The notes below the pieces were generated by a model, which did not search any database, had not been told where the DNA came from, and saw nothing but the letters and a program-made list of their open reading frames with translations. The position numbers and the translations under genes were made by a program. Positions 1 to 9,832 of a DNA stretch of 64,000 nt are shown piece after piece. Position 1 is the first letter of the stretch. Each line of letters opens with the position of its first letter. The stretch is from a virus (lineage: Duplodnaviria; Caudoviricetes), in the IMG/VR virus record IMGVR_UViG_3300037067_017859, positions 1 to 64,000 of that record; one strand, 5' to 3'.

Positions 1-147
1 CTGGAAAACGCTCACCGCGGCGAGAGAAAAGAGACGTTCCATTCGCGTACCACAGGTTGAACAATCTCTAGTCTCTTCAGTCATCCCCCACCGAAGATAG
101 GATTCCTTTGCCCCACAAGCCGGGCATTGCTCTTCATAAATGGGCAT
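1..147 (-). CDS. FmdB-like zinc-ribbon protein (partial, runs off window)
   Basis: Manual translation MPIYEEQCPACG...DCSTCGTRMERLFS; MPxYE + CxxC...CxxCG pattern. Confidence 0.65.
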   Translation of the reverse strand, partial: MPIYEEQCPACGAKESYLRWGMTEETRDCSTCGTRMERLFSLAAVSVFQ

Positions 148-155
148 GACTCTCC

Positions 156-689
156 TTACGCAATACAAGCGGGTTTGTGATTCAACACGCCTTGACTATA
201 CAAATATTTGTTCCATCCATTGACGCTGAGATTTTTCATCCCACTATTCATTACAGCATCAATCATGGCCATAAGGAGCTTTTTCCCTTTATTTGATTCA
301 ACCTCTTTTTCTGTTTCTGAGGCAGTTCTCCAATTTACAAAGTTCTGATCTCCTTGTGGACAAATATCAAACCGAGATCCTTTAAGGTAAGCGCTGTTCG
401 CTCCAGGGACGCTGGAGTAAAGAAATGGATATTTTGAATCCTTACGATATGCTATTGGAGCTTTTGGGCGAAGAACCGGATATCCAACCCATTGTCCAAC
501 AATGTTGTCATCTCCCTGGGTCTCCTTCCAGCCAGTGAAATGCATTCTGTATCCGTGATAATAAATTCCTCCATCTTCTTTTGAGAATTGAGGAGTTCTA
601 TCCTCATATTCTGCCCGGGCAATTGCCACAGGAGCGGCAATGATTGTTCCCAAAACTCCAAACATCGATCTTCGACTCATTAGCTTCAT
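156..689 (-). CDS. Hypothetical protein with twin-arginine-like N-terminus
   Basis: SRRSMFG followed by a hydrophobic stretch; GGAGG RBS upstream. Confidence 0.5.
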   Translation of the reverse strand: MKLMSRRSMFGVLGTIIAAPVAIARAEYEDRTPQFSKEDGGIYYHGYRMHFTGWKETQGDDNIVGQWVGYPVLRPKAPIAYRKDSKYPFLYSSVPGANSAYLKGSRFDICPQGDQNFVNWRTASETEKEVESNKGKKLLMAMIDAVMNSGMKNLSVNGWNKYLYSQGVLNHKPACIA

Positions 690-986
690 GACGGCCTCCT
701 TGGTTATTTATTTTTCTTTACTTCAAGTTTCACTTGAATTTTTTTCACCGGGAAAGGCTCTCCCGCTTTTTTGCACTTTTTGATGAATTCTCGTTCGTCA
801 TAATTAGGACGACCAATTGTGACGAGGAAGGTACTATGCCGATCACGCTTATCGCGTTTCCCGCGCAACGTAACTTTGGCAACTTCTTTTTCGCTGTGAA
901 AATAGGCAGCTTTCTTTATCCCTGGGGCAAGAATCGTTTCCATCAATTTCTCGTAAATCGATACTGGAATCATGATGTTTCTCCTT

Positions 987-1562
987 TTATGAGTACCATA
1001 GGTTATCCAGACCTTCTTCAATCTTGGCCTGCATATAGCGTTCCATAGACATCCCCCCTGCTTCAGCGATGTCTTTTATTGGTTCAACATGACGTTCAGG
1101 AATGTTCACGGTGATTGGCACATCTCCACCGATTGTCCGCGGCATTGCTTGAACCATCACCCGGGCCTCTGCCCGTTCCACCTTTTCGCGGAGATCTTTG
1201 ATGTTTTCGTTTTGCGCGAAAATCAGGCCAAAAAGACTCGAGGAATCGCTGAAATCGGCGCCAAGCATAGATTTCATTCTTTCCTTGTCGATCGGATCAA
1301 TTTTTATCCGATCATCAATGGGCTCGTCCGGTTTTGTAATTGCAGGCGCAGCGACGGTGCGGTTAAGATCGCGTTTCTCACGAAGCTTCGCGCTCATTTT
1401 CATGAGAGCCGCGGATAATTGTTCTCTGTCATCCCATTGATGCCCATTGGCGCAGAAGTGTGTAAACTGGCCTCCTGGCTTATATTGCAGGTCTATTTCC
1501 AGTCCCATGTCATAACAGGTAGGGCATAATTCTCGAGGTTTTGGTTTGTTTGCGACGGCCAT
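987..1562 (-). CDS. Hypothetical protein with N-terminal Zn-binding motif
   Basis: CPTC...CANGH; AGGAG RBS; directly downstream of terminase. Confidence 0.55.
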   Translation of the reverse strand: MAVANKPKPRELCPTCYDMGLEIDLQYKPGGQFTHFCANGHQWDDREQLSAALMKMSAKLREKRDLNRTVAAPAITKPDEPIDDRIKIDPIDKERMKSMLGADFSDSSSLFGLIFAQNENIKDLREKVERAEARVMVQAMPRTIGGDVPITVNIPERHVEPIKDIAEAGGMSMERYMQAKIEEGLDNLWYS

Positions 1563-1571
1563 AAGCTCCTC

Positions 1572-3494
1572 CTAGAGCATAAAATAATCCGGGATTCCGG
1601 AGTCCGAGTCGGTGTTCTGACTATCTTTGTCATACAGCAATGAATAATCGGTATTTTGATAATCGACATCCGTCGACGGTTTCTCTTCTTGCAGACTGCT
1701 ATCCATGCGCGGGCGCAACTGGGTAGCACAGTAATAGCAGATCATGAGCGCCATTGTGGCGTCATCGTGCGTTCCGTTTTTTGCAGCAAACGTCTCGCTT
1801 CCTTCCTCGACTTCGACAAAATCGAACATCTCCCCCATATCCTCTTCACACCGGATAATGACGGTCCATTCGTTGAGAGCTTGTCGGAATCTGCTAATGA
1901 GTTCGTTTTTATTTCGGAAAGTGGTGAGCCAGCCGATAAAATTAGAGAAAGCGTTCTTGGCCTTATCCTCGCGCATCCATCGATACCATTTTGGATAAAG
2001 TAGAACCTTTACTAAATCGCTGGCTACGGTAGTTATATTGTTGCACTCGGGCGCACACTCAGCGGTATTATACATATAGCCCATGGCAGCCAATATTCGA
2101 GCAAACTTGCCAGGCCCTATATAACCATGCCATCGGGCAACCTGTCTTAGAGGCTGGTTTATATCTTCCGGAACTGCCATTACTTCGATGCAACCCGGGT
2201 CTCCCCTTTTAACGCCTTTATCAGTTCCCCTTTCAATCCCCATGGAAGGATCAGCGGCAATATAATAAGTCACTCCAGGCTTAGGAAATTCCCATACCCT
2301 CATCCGGCCGTCAGAAACTTTGGCTATTTTAAAAGTGTGATCGTCTTTATTGAGTTCAATTTCCCCGCGCCAAATCTCCGGCTTGCAGAAATGAGTAATC
2401 ATCTCCTGCATGCGCTTTTTAGAGAAAGCTGTAATACCAGACGCAACGAAGGCTTCTACGGGATTGATAGGATATTCCTGGCGGAATTTTTCAGAATCTC
2501 CAGAAGTGTATTCATACTCCCGCATCTTTTTCCGGCGCCAGGCTAATTGGCCATCGGTTAACAATATCTTGGATTTATGATGGACTTTCTTAATAAGGGC
2601 AGTTTCTTCAATGGTGTGCTTGAAATTTTCGGGGACGGAAATTGAATAACCAGGTTCACGGAACCATTCAATAAAGAGAAATTCCCAAGGCAAATCCCCG
2701 GTCTCGGAATTCTTGCAGATCCTATTCCAGAGGTTCCCGCGGCCCCGTGCGGTAGATTCCATAATACCGATCGTTCCCGGGATCTCTGCCAGAGATCCGT
2801 AAATGCCTTCGGTAATTGCATCATCATTGCGGAATCTGGCTACTTCTGCCAAATGGACGCCAAAAAGGGATTTGGAGTACGCAGCGCCGGAGGGTTGATT
2901 CGCAGATTCAAAATATATCTGGCTCTGCATTCCTTGGCTGCCGGCGCGATCGTCGGCCTTGGCTCGATCAAATCCAAGGCGCTTGCCGAATGCGTCATAA
3001 CGCTTCTCGGGACGCATCCACCATGGAAGATATTCATGGGCCGTCCTGGCCATGACGAAATTGACGTTCGTACGTTCTTCTTCGTCGGCCATTGTCAGAA
3101 CATGGGCCATCGGGAAGAAGAATACCAGCCATGCCATGAGAGCAACGCTGAGAGTAGTAAGCCCAAGTTGCCGGGCTTTCAAAACTACGATGCGGATCGT
3201 GCCGGCTAATTTATGTTGCCGCTCGAATATCTCAAGAAACTTCTCCTGAGAATCCCAAAAAGGCCAGATTGGCCTAAGTTCGAGCCTTTTAGTTTTAATG
3301 AAGTAATAGTTTTCGAGGAAATATCGGGGATTGGCAAGACACTTCTCAACTTCACCGGAGACAAACTCCAGTTCCGTCGATGTAAGCATCTCAAAGGCTT
3401 TACGAGGATCCCCCCCGGCGTCTTCGATTAGTCTATAATCGAGAGCATCTATTGCATCGCCAAGGTCAGAATTCTTTCTGAGAGTCCCTGCCAA
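1572..3494 (-). CDS. terL: Terminase large subunit
   Basis: Walker A VLKARQLGLTT, Walker B HLAEVA, ESTARG coupling motif, nuclease acidic motifs AADPS and HDDATMA. Confidence 0.92.
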   Translation of the reverse strand: MAGTLRKNSDLGDAIDALDYRLIEDAGGDPRKAFEMLTSTELEFVSGEVEKCLANPRYFLENYYFIKTKRLELRPIWPFWDSQEKFLEIFERQHKLAGTIRIVVLKARQLGLTTLSVALMAWLVFFFPMAHVLTMADEEERTNVNFVMARTAHEYLPWWMRPEKRYDAFGKRLGFDRAKADDRAGSQGMQSQIYFESANQPSGAAYSKSLFGVHLAEVARFRNDDAITEGIYGSLAEIPGTIGIMESTARGRGNLWNRICKNSETGDLPWEFLFIEWFREPGYSISVPENFKHTIEETALIKKVHHKSKILLTDGQLAWRRKKMREYEYTSGDSEKFRQEYPINPVEAFVASGITAFSKKRMQEMITHFCKPEIWRGEIELNKDDHTFKIAKVSDGRMRVWEFPKPGVTYYIAADPSMGIERGTDKGVKRGDPGCIEVMAVPEDINQPLRQVARWHGYIGPGKFARILAAMGYMYNTAECAPECNNITTVASDLVKVLLYPKWYRWMREDKAKNAFSNFIGWLTTFRNKNELISRFRQALNEWTVIIRCEEDMGEMFDFVEVEEGSETFAAKNGTHDDATMALMICYYCATQLRPRMDSSLQEEKPSTDVDYQNTDYSLLYDKDSQNTDSDSGIPDYFML

Positions 3495-4193
3495 TATAGG
3501 TTCGCATTCTTCTACCCTTTGTAGGTTACTCCACCTTGACGGATCTGCGCGGCAAGTTCTTTTTCGTCTGCTTCTGACATCTGTCCCATTTCAGCTTTTG
3601 CCCTTCGAACCTCTTCGGCGACGGCAAGTTCCTCATCGGTATTAAACACAAAATCTCCATCCGTTGGAGTCTGACGGCTTGCCGCTGACTGATATGACAG
3701 TCCCGGACTATCCGTTTTAAGTATTGGATGAAGAGAACATTCACGAAGAACATTCAAATCGATGTGAATGGCCAGCAGAAATTTATAACCGACCCAAACT
3801 AAAAGGGACAAAGCCCCGAGAAGCAAAGCACAGGCAAATACGAGCAAAGCGATATACAGATAAATCATCGCTGACTCTTTCTTCTACCCGTTCGTTGACG
3901 GCAGTTGACGGCTACCCCGGGAGAATTATAGAACCGACTTCTCTTTGTTTACAACTGGAATCTCAAATTCACTGTCATCCCGGCCTAATTCCGGAACAAT
4001 TCTAAACCCTAAAAGCTGAGTAGCTTGCATATTCATGTAAGATTGGATAATGCATTGCGGACCTAAATAGCCATCCTTATTATCTTGTGGCCCGACCCTC
4101 CTGTTGAGAGGTATTCTCGGATCAAGATCGATCATGATTTCGCCGGCCGATTTGATTACCGTATCTACTATTTTACCATCGGCGGCAAATGAC

Positions 4194-4805
4194 TTAATTG
4201 ATATTTTCATTTTCTTCCTCTTCTTCCTTTGGGTGCCTCAATTCCATATGTTCTTTGAGACCTTTCCCAGTATGAAACTTCTTAGAGCAGACTAAGCATC
4301 GATGTCTTCCCGTTAAGGAGCCTGTAGAACCTTTAATGTCAGAGTGCATAAGATCATTATGTGATTTTAATCCTTGTTCGGTTTTAAATGTGCAATGGCA
4401 GATTTCACAAACAAAAGAATTACTTGTACTTTTTCCTCTATATAATATGCAAGTTTCAGCTTTTTGGGGTTTTATTTCAGGTGTTATTTCGGGTTTTTCC
4501 AAGACAACTGGTTCTAGGGATGGTTCCTTTAGAAAAACTTTAGGAGGACTCATTTTATTATTGAGTCTTTGAAGAGCCGGAATCGCATCTTCAATATCTT
4601 TGAGTTCCTGCTTCATCAGTTCCCGGCGTGTTATGAGTTCATCAATTATCGGCTGCAAATCCATTTTATGATTTTCCCTTATTTCCTCTTGAGTCGCTCT
4701 CCGGCGAATCCTTTTGCCGGCTTCGTAATAAGTCACCCACCAAGTACCAGTCTTACGGATTTCTCCTGTTCCACGATACCGATACATTGGATGATAAAAT
4801 TTCAA
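4194..4805 (-). CDS. Protein with two C2H2 zinc fingers
   Basis: CEICHCTFKTEQGLKSHNDLMH and CLVCSKKFHTGKGLKEHMELRH match C-x2-C-x3-F-x5-L-x2-H-x4-H. Confidence 0.75.
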   Translation of the reverse strand: MKFYHPMYRYRGTGEIRKTGTWWVTYYEAGKRIRRRATQEEIRENHKMDLQPIIDELITRRELMKQELKDIEDAIPALQRLNNKMSPPKVFLKEPSLEPVVLEKPEITPEIKPQKAETCILYRGKSTSNSFVCEICHCTFKTEQGLKSHNDLMHSDIKGSTGSLTGRHRCLVCSKKFHTGKGLKEHMELRHPKEEEEENENIN

Positions 4806-5426
4806 TTAATCTAAACTCTTTCTTATTTTATTTATTTTTTCCAGCAAATCTTTATTTTTTTGCTTGGCGTCAAACAGTTCGTGCTCCAAGTCGCGGATCT
4901 TATTTTCAGAGCCTATAAACAGACTATCAATAGTTTTGAACTCCCCCTTAACGCACCACTTCTCTCGCTGCACTCTAAGAGATGCACTACATCCAAAGTC
5001 CGCCGTCTGCATGTGCCAGTATCCCGAATTCTTCGGACAGCGCTTGAAAAATTCCAATAGAATCTGTGCTTCCTTAATAAATCTTTCAACCGACACAAAA
5101 TCGATATGTAATGATGCAGTTACTACTTTAAGACTTATCGCATGAGTCTTTCGCGCCATACATGCACGCTTATCAGCTTGCAAACACTTCTGGCATTCGA
5201 TTGCCGGAGGACATCCGCAGTGAATGATCTTGTATTCTTCGCCTTTGGCGTCGTACGGTCGATTACAATGATGAATCTCTTCTGCTTTGTGATCGCCGTA
5301 AACGATGTCTGCATCCAGATGATGAAACTTGCACAGCAAATCTAATTGCGCCTGACAATGACAGTTCTCCAAATCCACATAACGCCCCATGCTATCGTCA
5401 CAGGATGTTGCGCCTCCTCCACCCAT
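4806..5426 (-). CDS. Cys-rich hypothetical protein (start corrected to MGGGG)
   Basis: The ORF-track start overlaps tRNA-Glu; GGAGG RBS precedes the ATG at 5426. Confidence 0.55.
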   Translation of the reverse strand: MGGGGATSCDDSMGRYVDLENCHCQAQLDLLCKFHHLDADIVYGDHKAEEIHHCNRPYDAKGEEYKIIHCGCPPAIECQKCLQADKRACMARKTHAISLKVVTASLHIDFVSVERFIKEAQILLEFFKRCPKNSGYWHMQTADFGCSASLRVQREKWCVKGEFKTIDSLFIGSENKIRDLEHELFDAKQKNKDLLEKINKIRKSLD

Positions 5427-5439
5427 AATTCCTCCTTTA

Positions 5440-5515
5440 TGGTGGACCCAGGCGGATTCGAACCGCCGTCCGCGGAGCGAAAGTCCGCTATCCTGGACCG
5501 CTAGACGATGGATCC
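5440..5515 (-). tRNA. tRNA-Glu(UUC)
   Basis: Cloverleaf; anticodon arm GCGGA-CTTTCGC-TCCGC; GGTTCGAATCC; encoded CCA. Confidence 0.92.
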
Positions 5516-5625
5516 TTGACGGCAAATCCCACTAACCGGCGCGTACCAGATTCGCAATGTCCCGGTTTGCCACGCCGGCCGAAGGATTCGCCGTTTCAAA
5601 AAACTTTTAATAAAGAGATACTGGC

Positions 5626-5711
5626 TGGCGGAGGGTGAGAGACTCGAACTCCCATGCCTTTCAGCGTCAGTTTTCAGGACTGGGGCGATACCAATTCCGC
5701 TACAACCCTCC
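5626..5711 (-). tRNA. tRNA-Ser(UGA), C at position 33
   Basis: GGAGGGT acceptor, long variable arm, loop CCTGAAA, G73 + CCA. Confidence 0.85.
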
Positions 5712-5712
5712 G

Positions 5713-5913
5713 TTATTTTGCTTTATCAATATCGGTCCTTGGAATAACTTCAGTTAAGCATGCAATTGGGAATTCGTCATTCTGAGGGGCGCTTCCCAAA
5801 TAACACCAGACACATTTGACACGATGGCCAGTAAGGATTTCTTCTATGGTCATAACTGGTCCGCCGCTGTTAAGCCGAACTGTTGTACCTACTTTGGCCG
5901 CTTTGAATTCCAT
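5713..5913 (-). CDS. YodC/DUF2158-like small protein
   Basis: GTTVRLNSGGPVMTI...VKCVW signature. Confidence 0.75.
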   Translation of the reverse strand: MEFKAAKVGTTVRLNSGGPVMTIEEILTGHRVKCVWCYLGSAPQNDEFPIACLTEVIPRTDIDKAK

Positions 5914-5930
5914 TGAACTCCTCCTAAATG

Positions 5931-6004
5931 TGGTTAGGGCGGCTGGATTCGAACCAGCGTACCCGGGTCCAAAGCCCGGTGCCAGGCCGCTTGGCTACGC
6001 CCCA
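5931..6004 (-). tRNA. tRNA-Gln(UUG)
   Basis: CCGGG-CTTTGGA-CCCGG anticodon arm; GGTTCGAATCC; CCA. Confidence 0.92.
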
Positions 6005-6532
6005 ATAATCCTAAGATATAATTTCTCCGTCATCCCTTATCATATAATACTGACCTTCCGGTAAATCAGGAAGGCCATGAGATTTAGCAATTTCGTCCAT
6101 GCGCCTTAATTGACGATTGAAATCTTCTTCTGATTTCGTTATTAACCACAAATTAACAATCGCTTCTATTTCAGCGCATTCCATTGCATTTGCCTTCATA
6201 ATTTTTACAGACCTCTTGTAACTCCGGGTTGCTTCATCTGGTCGGGATGTTCTTCTGCAAATTTACTAAACCGCTGGATAGCTTCGTCCGCCATTCTCAT
6301 CTGATGATCATTGCATCCATCGGCAATACAGATCTCCCGATAGGCTTGAATCCCTTTTAATGCATTCCAGTCTCGAGCCCGAAAGATGAAAATTGGTTCT
6401 TCTTCTGGAATCGGAACCCCGGTGGGAATCTTCACAAGAGAAATCATCGCATTGGGCGGAAGAGGCAATTCAATGCCAGTAATTGTATCAATTAATGCAA
6501 CTTTATATTTCCCATCATTCATGCTGTTCTCC

Positions 6533-6793
6533 TTATTTGCGATACCAGACTTTGTATGGATCGCTCAATGCGCCCATAAAAGATCTTTGAGAATTTATCG
6601 TTGTTACTTTTGCCTCAATAGCTCTTTCAGGAGGAAGTTTATTAAGAAAATCCGTTACATCCTCTAGCGTTCCGCAACTTTCCATCTGCCAACGTAACGA
6701 ATGAATTGTTGACTCAGTACTAATTGCAATAGAACATCCAAAAGCTATGGCTATTGCTAAAATCACCATTAAGGTCGTTGAAGTTCTTCGCAT
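6533..6793 (-). CDS. Small membrane-anchored hypothetical protein (start corrected)
   Basis: MRRTSTTLMVILAIAIAFG; GGAGG RBS; the longer ORF overlaps tRNAs. Confidence 0.55.
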   Translation of the reverse strand: MRRTSTTLMVILAIAIAFGCSIAISTESTIHSLRWQMESCGTLEDVTDFLNKLPPERAIEAKVTTINSQRSFMGALSDPYKVWYRK

Positions 6794-6808
6794 ATTCCTC
6801 CTTAGAAT

Positions 6809-6884
6809 TGGTAGGGGCAGCCGGACTTGAACCGGCAATTCCATGGTCCCAAACCATGAGCCTTCCCAATTTGGCCACGCCCCT
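6809..6884 (-). tRNA. tRNA-Pro(UGG)
   Basis: CATGG-TTTGGGA-CCATG; GGTTCAAGTCC; CCA. Confidence 0.9.
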
Positions 6885-6893
6885 ATAAACAAA

Positions 6894-6966
6894 CATACCC
6901 GCCAAGATTTGAACTTGGAACCTTCGGTTTTGGAGACCGTTGCTCCGCCAATTGAGCTACGGGTAT
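6894..6966 (-). tRNA. tRNA-Trp(CCA)
   Basis: ACGGT-CTCCAAA-ACCGA; TAGCTCAATTGG D arm; G73; CCA not encoded. Confidence 0.9.
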
Positions 6967-6969
6967 AAG

Positions 6970-7039
6970 GGTGGAGGCGAGATTCGAACTCGATCTCCCG
7001 GGTCACAACCGGGGGCTTTAACCGTTAAGCTACCTCCAC
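6970..7039 (-). tRNA. tRNA-His(GUG)
   Basis: CCCGG-TTGTGAC-CCGGG; C73; G-1 not encoded. Confidence 0.88.
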
Positions 7040-7233
7040 AACACTAATCCTTTGACTCCGCAGACGGCAGAATACTAAAATTCCGCCATTCCCCGCAATT
7101 CACACCAAACAAAATATCTTGGTTTTTCCAGACTTCCAGCCGGCCATTAATGTCACTAACCGAAATTTTGTTTGCACCCGCAATAACCTGAGCACTACCA
7201 TCTCGGAAATAAACTCGAACTCGTTTATTCCCT

Positions 7234-7572
7234 TCAATCTGATATTCCTTTATAAGTTTCGATTCTGAGATTTTTCTCATCCATTGCCGCCTCCACGGCT
7301 TTCTCGACGTCTACAAGTTGTCCAAGACGACGAGACACTTCTGCCTTATGCCAATGTTTAAACGTAATAGAATTAGCCATACGTTCCAATGCTGCTTTTT
7401 TGTTTTGAGCTTGAGATCTGAATTCGCGTCCTTCGCCGAAAGCTCCGGATGCTATGTGCGTGATGCGCACTCCATTTTGGTTGGAGTTTTGATGCTGGCC
7501 ACCAGGGCCGCCAGTGCAGAATGTTACAATCTTAAAATCCTTTTTTGTCAGACTGAATAGAAGCTTTCGCAT
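7234..7572 (-). CDS. Release-factor-like GGQ peptidyl-tRNA hydrolase domain (ArfB/PrfH-like)
   Basis: GGPGGQHQNSNQNGVRITHIASG...RSQAQNKKAALERM; likely start MRKLLF at 7572. Confidence 0.85.
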   Translation of the reverse strand: MRKLLFSLTKKDFKIVTFCTGGPGGQHQNSNQNGVRITHIASGAFGEGREFRSQAQNKKAALERMANSITFKHWHKAEVSRRLGQLVDVEKAVEAAMDEKNLRIETYKGISD

Positions 7573-7636
7573 GGTGTAAACCCGGTTTACTACAGGCGGA
7601 GCCAATCGCAAGTCATTGACTCCGCCGCGGTGAGGG

Positions 7637-7984
7637 TTATTGACCCTTGAGTTGCTCTTCAAGCTTCGCAATTTCGTCCTTGAGAGCTTGACGCTTCTCT
7701 TCGGCAGGCAATAAAGCTTCCAGCCGGGATTTCTTTTCACGAAGCATCTTTTGCAGCCGATCAGCCTGGCTCAAAGAGATTTCCTTACGGATCTCGCGCA
7801 TCTTAGCATCAAGCCATTCGGGTTGCTCGACATTGAGGGTTTTGAACTCTTCCTGGATTACACGTCCAACTGCGGACAGAGTTACAAGATCCTCTAGAGC
7901 AAGACCCTCGGTTTCAAACTTCCGAATCTCGTCTATCAAATACATGGTCCGACCTCCTTTCTTAGTCTTCTTGGTTGCCATCAC
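7637..7984 (-). CDS. Coiled-coil protein coupled to the Ro60-like gene
   Basis: Overlaps or abuts the stop of 7962-9488; K/E-rich helical sequence. Confidence 0.6.
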   Translation of the reverse strand: MMATKKTKKGGRTMYLIDEIRKFETEGLALEDLVTLSAVGRVIQEEFKTLNVEQPEWLDAKMREIRKEISLSQADRLQKMLREKKSRLEALLPAEEKRQALKDEIAKLEEQLKGQ

Positions 7985-9488
7985 TGAACGCCTCCGACAA
8001 TTTCAAAAGCGGAGTCGACATGATCTCCTCCACCAAAGAGTATGGATTGGTCCGCATGCTTTGGACCAAGTTTGGAATACTGTAAAAATCAACATCATCG
8101 CCAAGTTCAAAAACTTGCAGATCAAAGCCACTTTTCTTCATGTTTTCGGCAAGGTCCGAATCTCCCCAACCGTGAATTGCAGATCCACAATGGTAGTAAT
8201 AGACAGGAATATCTTTTTCGGAAATCTTCAAGAGACGCCGGTATTCATCAGTAAATAATGGCGGAGTGTTCTCTTGTCCATCAGAAACGATCGCAATCCC
8301 ATCAATCTCTTCATGCCTTTGCATGGCAGCCCGTAATCCGCAACCGATGGAAGTCCCTCCATTGGCACTAACATTACGGGTCTTCTTCAAAATTTCGTCG
8401 TAGCCTAACCCGGTTACATCCATCGTTTCAGGAACAGTATCAAAGAAGGCAAGGGTGATATTCCCCTTAACCATCTTTGCCAAAGTTCCAGCAACGTGCC
8501 GGGCGGCCTCAATGCACTCAGACATGGATCCTGATTTGTCACCCAGGACCAGCCAATTGCCTTCAATGCTCATATTTTGAATCTGCTTCTCCTGGACAGC
8601 ATTGAGTTTGGCTTTCAGTTTTTCATCGCTGATTGCTTCTGCTGCGCGAGTGGTCTTCAGGACGTTTTTCTTAGACGTAGCCGCTCTCTTGAGAGCAGCC
8701 TCAAATGCTGCACGGAGCGCCGGGACAGTTTTGACGCCCAATTTCTCCAGCATTTTAGTGCTGGTGACGACTTCTGTCGGGCTCATACGCTCAATAAGCG
8801 CAAGAACTAAATCAGGATCCTTAATTTTCTCTCCAAGCGCTCCGTGTGCTATCAAGAACGGAATCTTCCGTTCAAGAATAGTTCCAGCCGCCTCCAGCGC
8901 ACTCATATTGCGCAGGTTGGCAACAGCCTCAAAAACGCTTCCTTTTGGCAGAGGAGACTTGACCGGCTTCCGGCCTTCCTCCTTCGCTTTCAGTCTTTCA
9001 TCCAGAGTATATCCGAAAAGAACGACGTTCACCCGATCAGAGCCAGGCTTAACATCAACCAACGAATAGAGCTCTTTGAGAACTGAACGGTGTTGGATAG
9101 CGGTGAAATCCCATTTCTTCCCTTCCTTCATGTGAAGATAATCCGCAATCACCCGTTTGAGTTGCCGAATATGGCCGACCGGACGAACATCCAGAGCAAA
9201 TCGATAGGCTTTCAGCAACTCTCTTGGATTCAAAAAAGTCAAATGAGCAAGACTGTTTTCGACGAGTTCTTGCGGAAATCCGGGAACGGTCAAACTGACA
9301 ATAGGCAAAGCCGCTTTCGCGTCCCTAATCTGCCCATGAGTGCGATCCCATGCAATAAGATGAGCCAAAAAGTCAGGTTCATTCTGCGCCGCAAGTTGTC
9401 CGATCGCAAGATATTCACGGAGTTTCCCATGAGGGGATTTGCTGAGTTCGGATATAATTTGGTTCTTGGTTATTTTGACTTTTTCCAT
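7962..9488 (-). CDS. Ro60/Rsr-like TROVE + vWA domain protein
   Basis: 508 aa; all-helical N-terminal ~300 aa; C-terminal vWA MIDAS DKSGSM...GGTS...VSDGQEN. Size and architecture match Ro60, and it sits next to Y-RNA-like stems. Confidence 0.72.
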   Translation of the reverse strand: MEKVKITKNQIISELSKSPHGKLREYLAIGQLAAQNEPDFLAHLIAWDRTHGQIRDAKAALPIVSLTVPGFPQELVENSLAHLTFLNPRELLKAYRFALDVRPVGHIRQLKRVIADYLHMKEGKKWDFTAIQHRSVLKELYSLVDVKPGSDRVNVVLFGYTLDERLKAKEEGRKPVKSPLPKGSVFEAVANLRNMSALEAAGTILERKIPFLIAHGALGEKIKDPDLVLALIERMSPTEVVTSTKMLEKLGVKTVPALRAAFEAALKRAATSKKNVLKTTRAAEAISDEKLKAKLNAVQEKQIQNMSIEGNWLVLGDKSGSMSECIEAARHVAGTLAKMVKGNITLAFFDTVPETMDVTGLGYDEILKKTRNVSANGGTSIGCGLRAAMQRHEEIDGIAIVSDGQENTPPLFTDEYRRLLKISEKDIPVYYYHCGSAIHGWGDSDLAENMKKSGFDLQVFELGDDVDFYSIPNLVQSMRTNPYSLVEEIMSTPLLKLSEAFSDGNQED

Positions 9489-9509
9489 GACGGTTCTCCC
9501 TTAGTTAAA

Positions 9510-9603
9510 TCACTGGAAGTCGATCGGCTTGAGTGCCATCCCGGTATTACCGAGACATAGGCATCATGTGTTAAAGACATGTAAGCCAATTCAGTACCAG
9601 TGA
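9510..9603 (-). ncRNA. Y-like cassette A (non-tRNA hairpin cargo)
   Basis: CACTGG-TACTGAAT-TGGCT-TACATG ... AAGCCGA-TCGACTT-CCAGTG. Confidence 0.8.
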
Positions 9604-9832
9604 ATCTTTTAGGATTTATATATTTTATTACCTCTCAACATCTTTAGCTTTCCGGACATATTTTACCAATGCTACAGTGAGAGATTCTTTTCCAATTACC
9701 CTGAAATACCACGCAAAGCAGCCCTTCCCAGTTATGATCAGATCCCCGATTTTCCAATACATGGCCTCTGGGCAGCGAAATTGCTGAACCTTTTTGGTCA
9801 AGGGAGTCATCTATATAAATCCCAATCTTTTC

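Noticed and set aside
4806-7740. ORF-track N-terminal extensions (5427-5525, 6794-7006, 7573-7740)
   Set aside because: They overlap tRNA genes or the upstream gene; internal starts fit better
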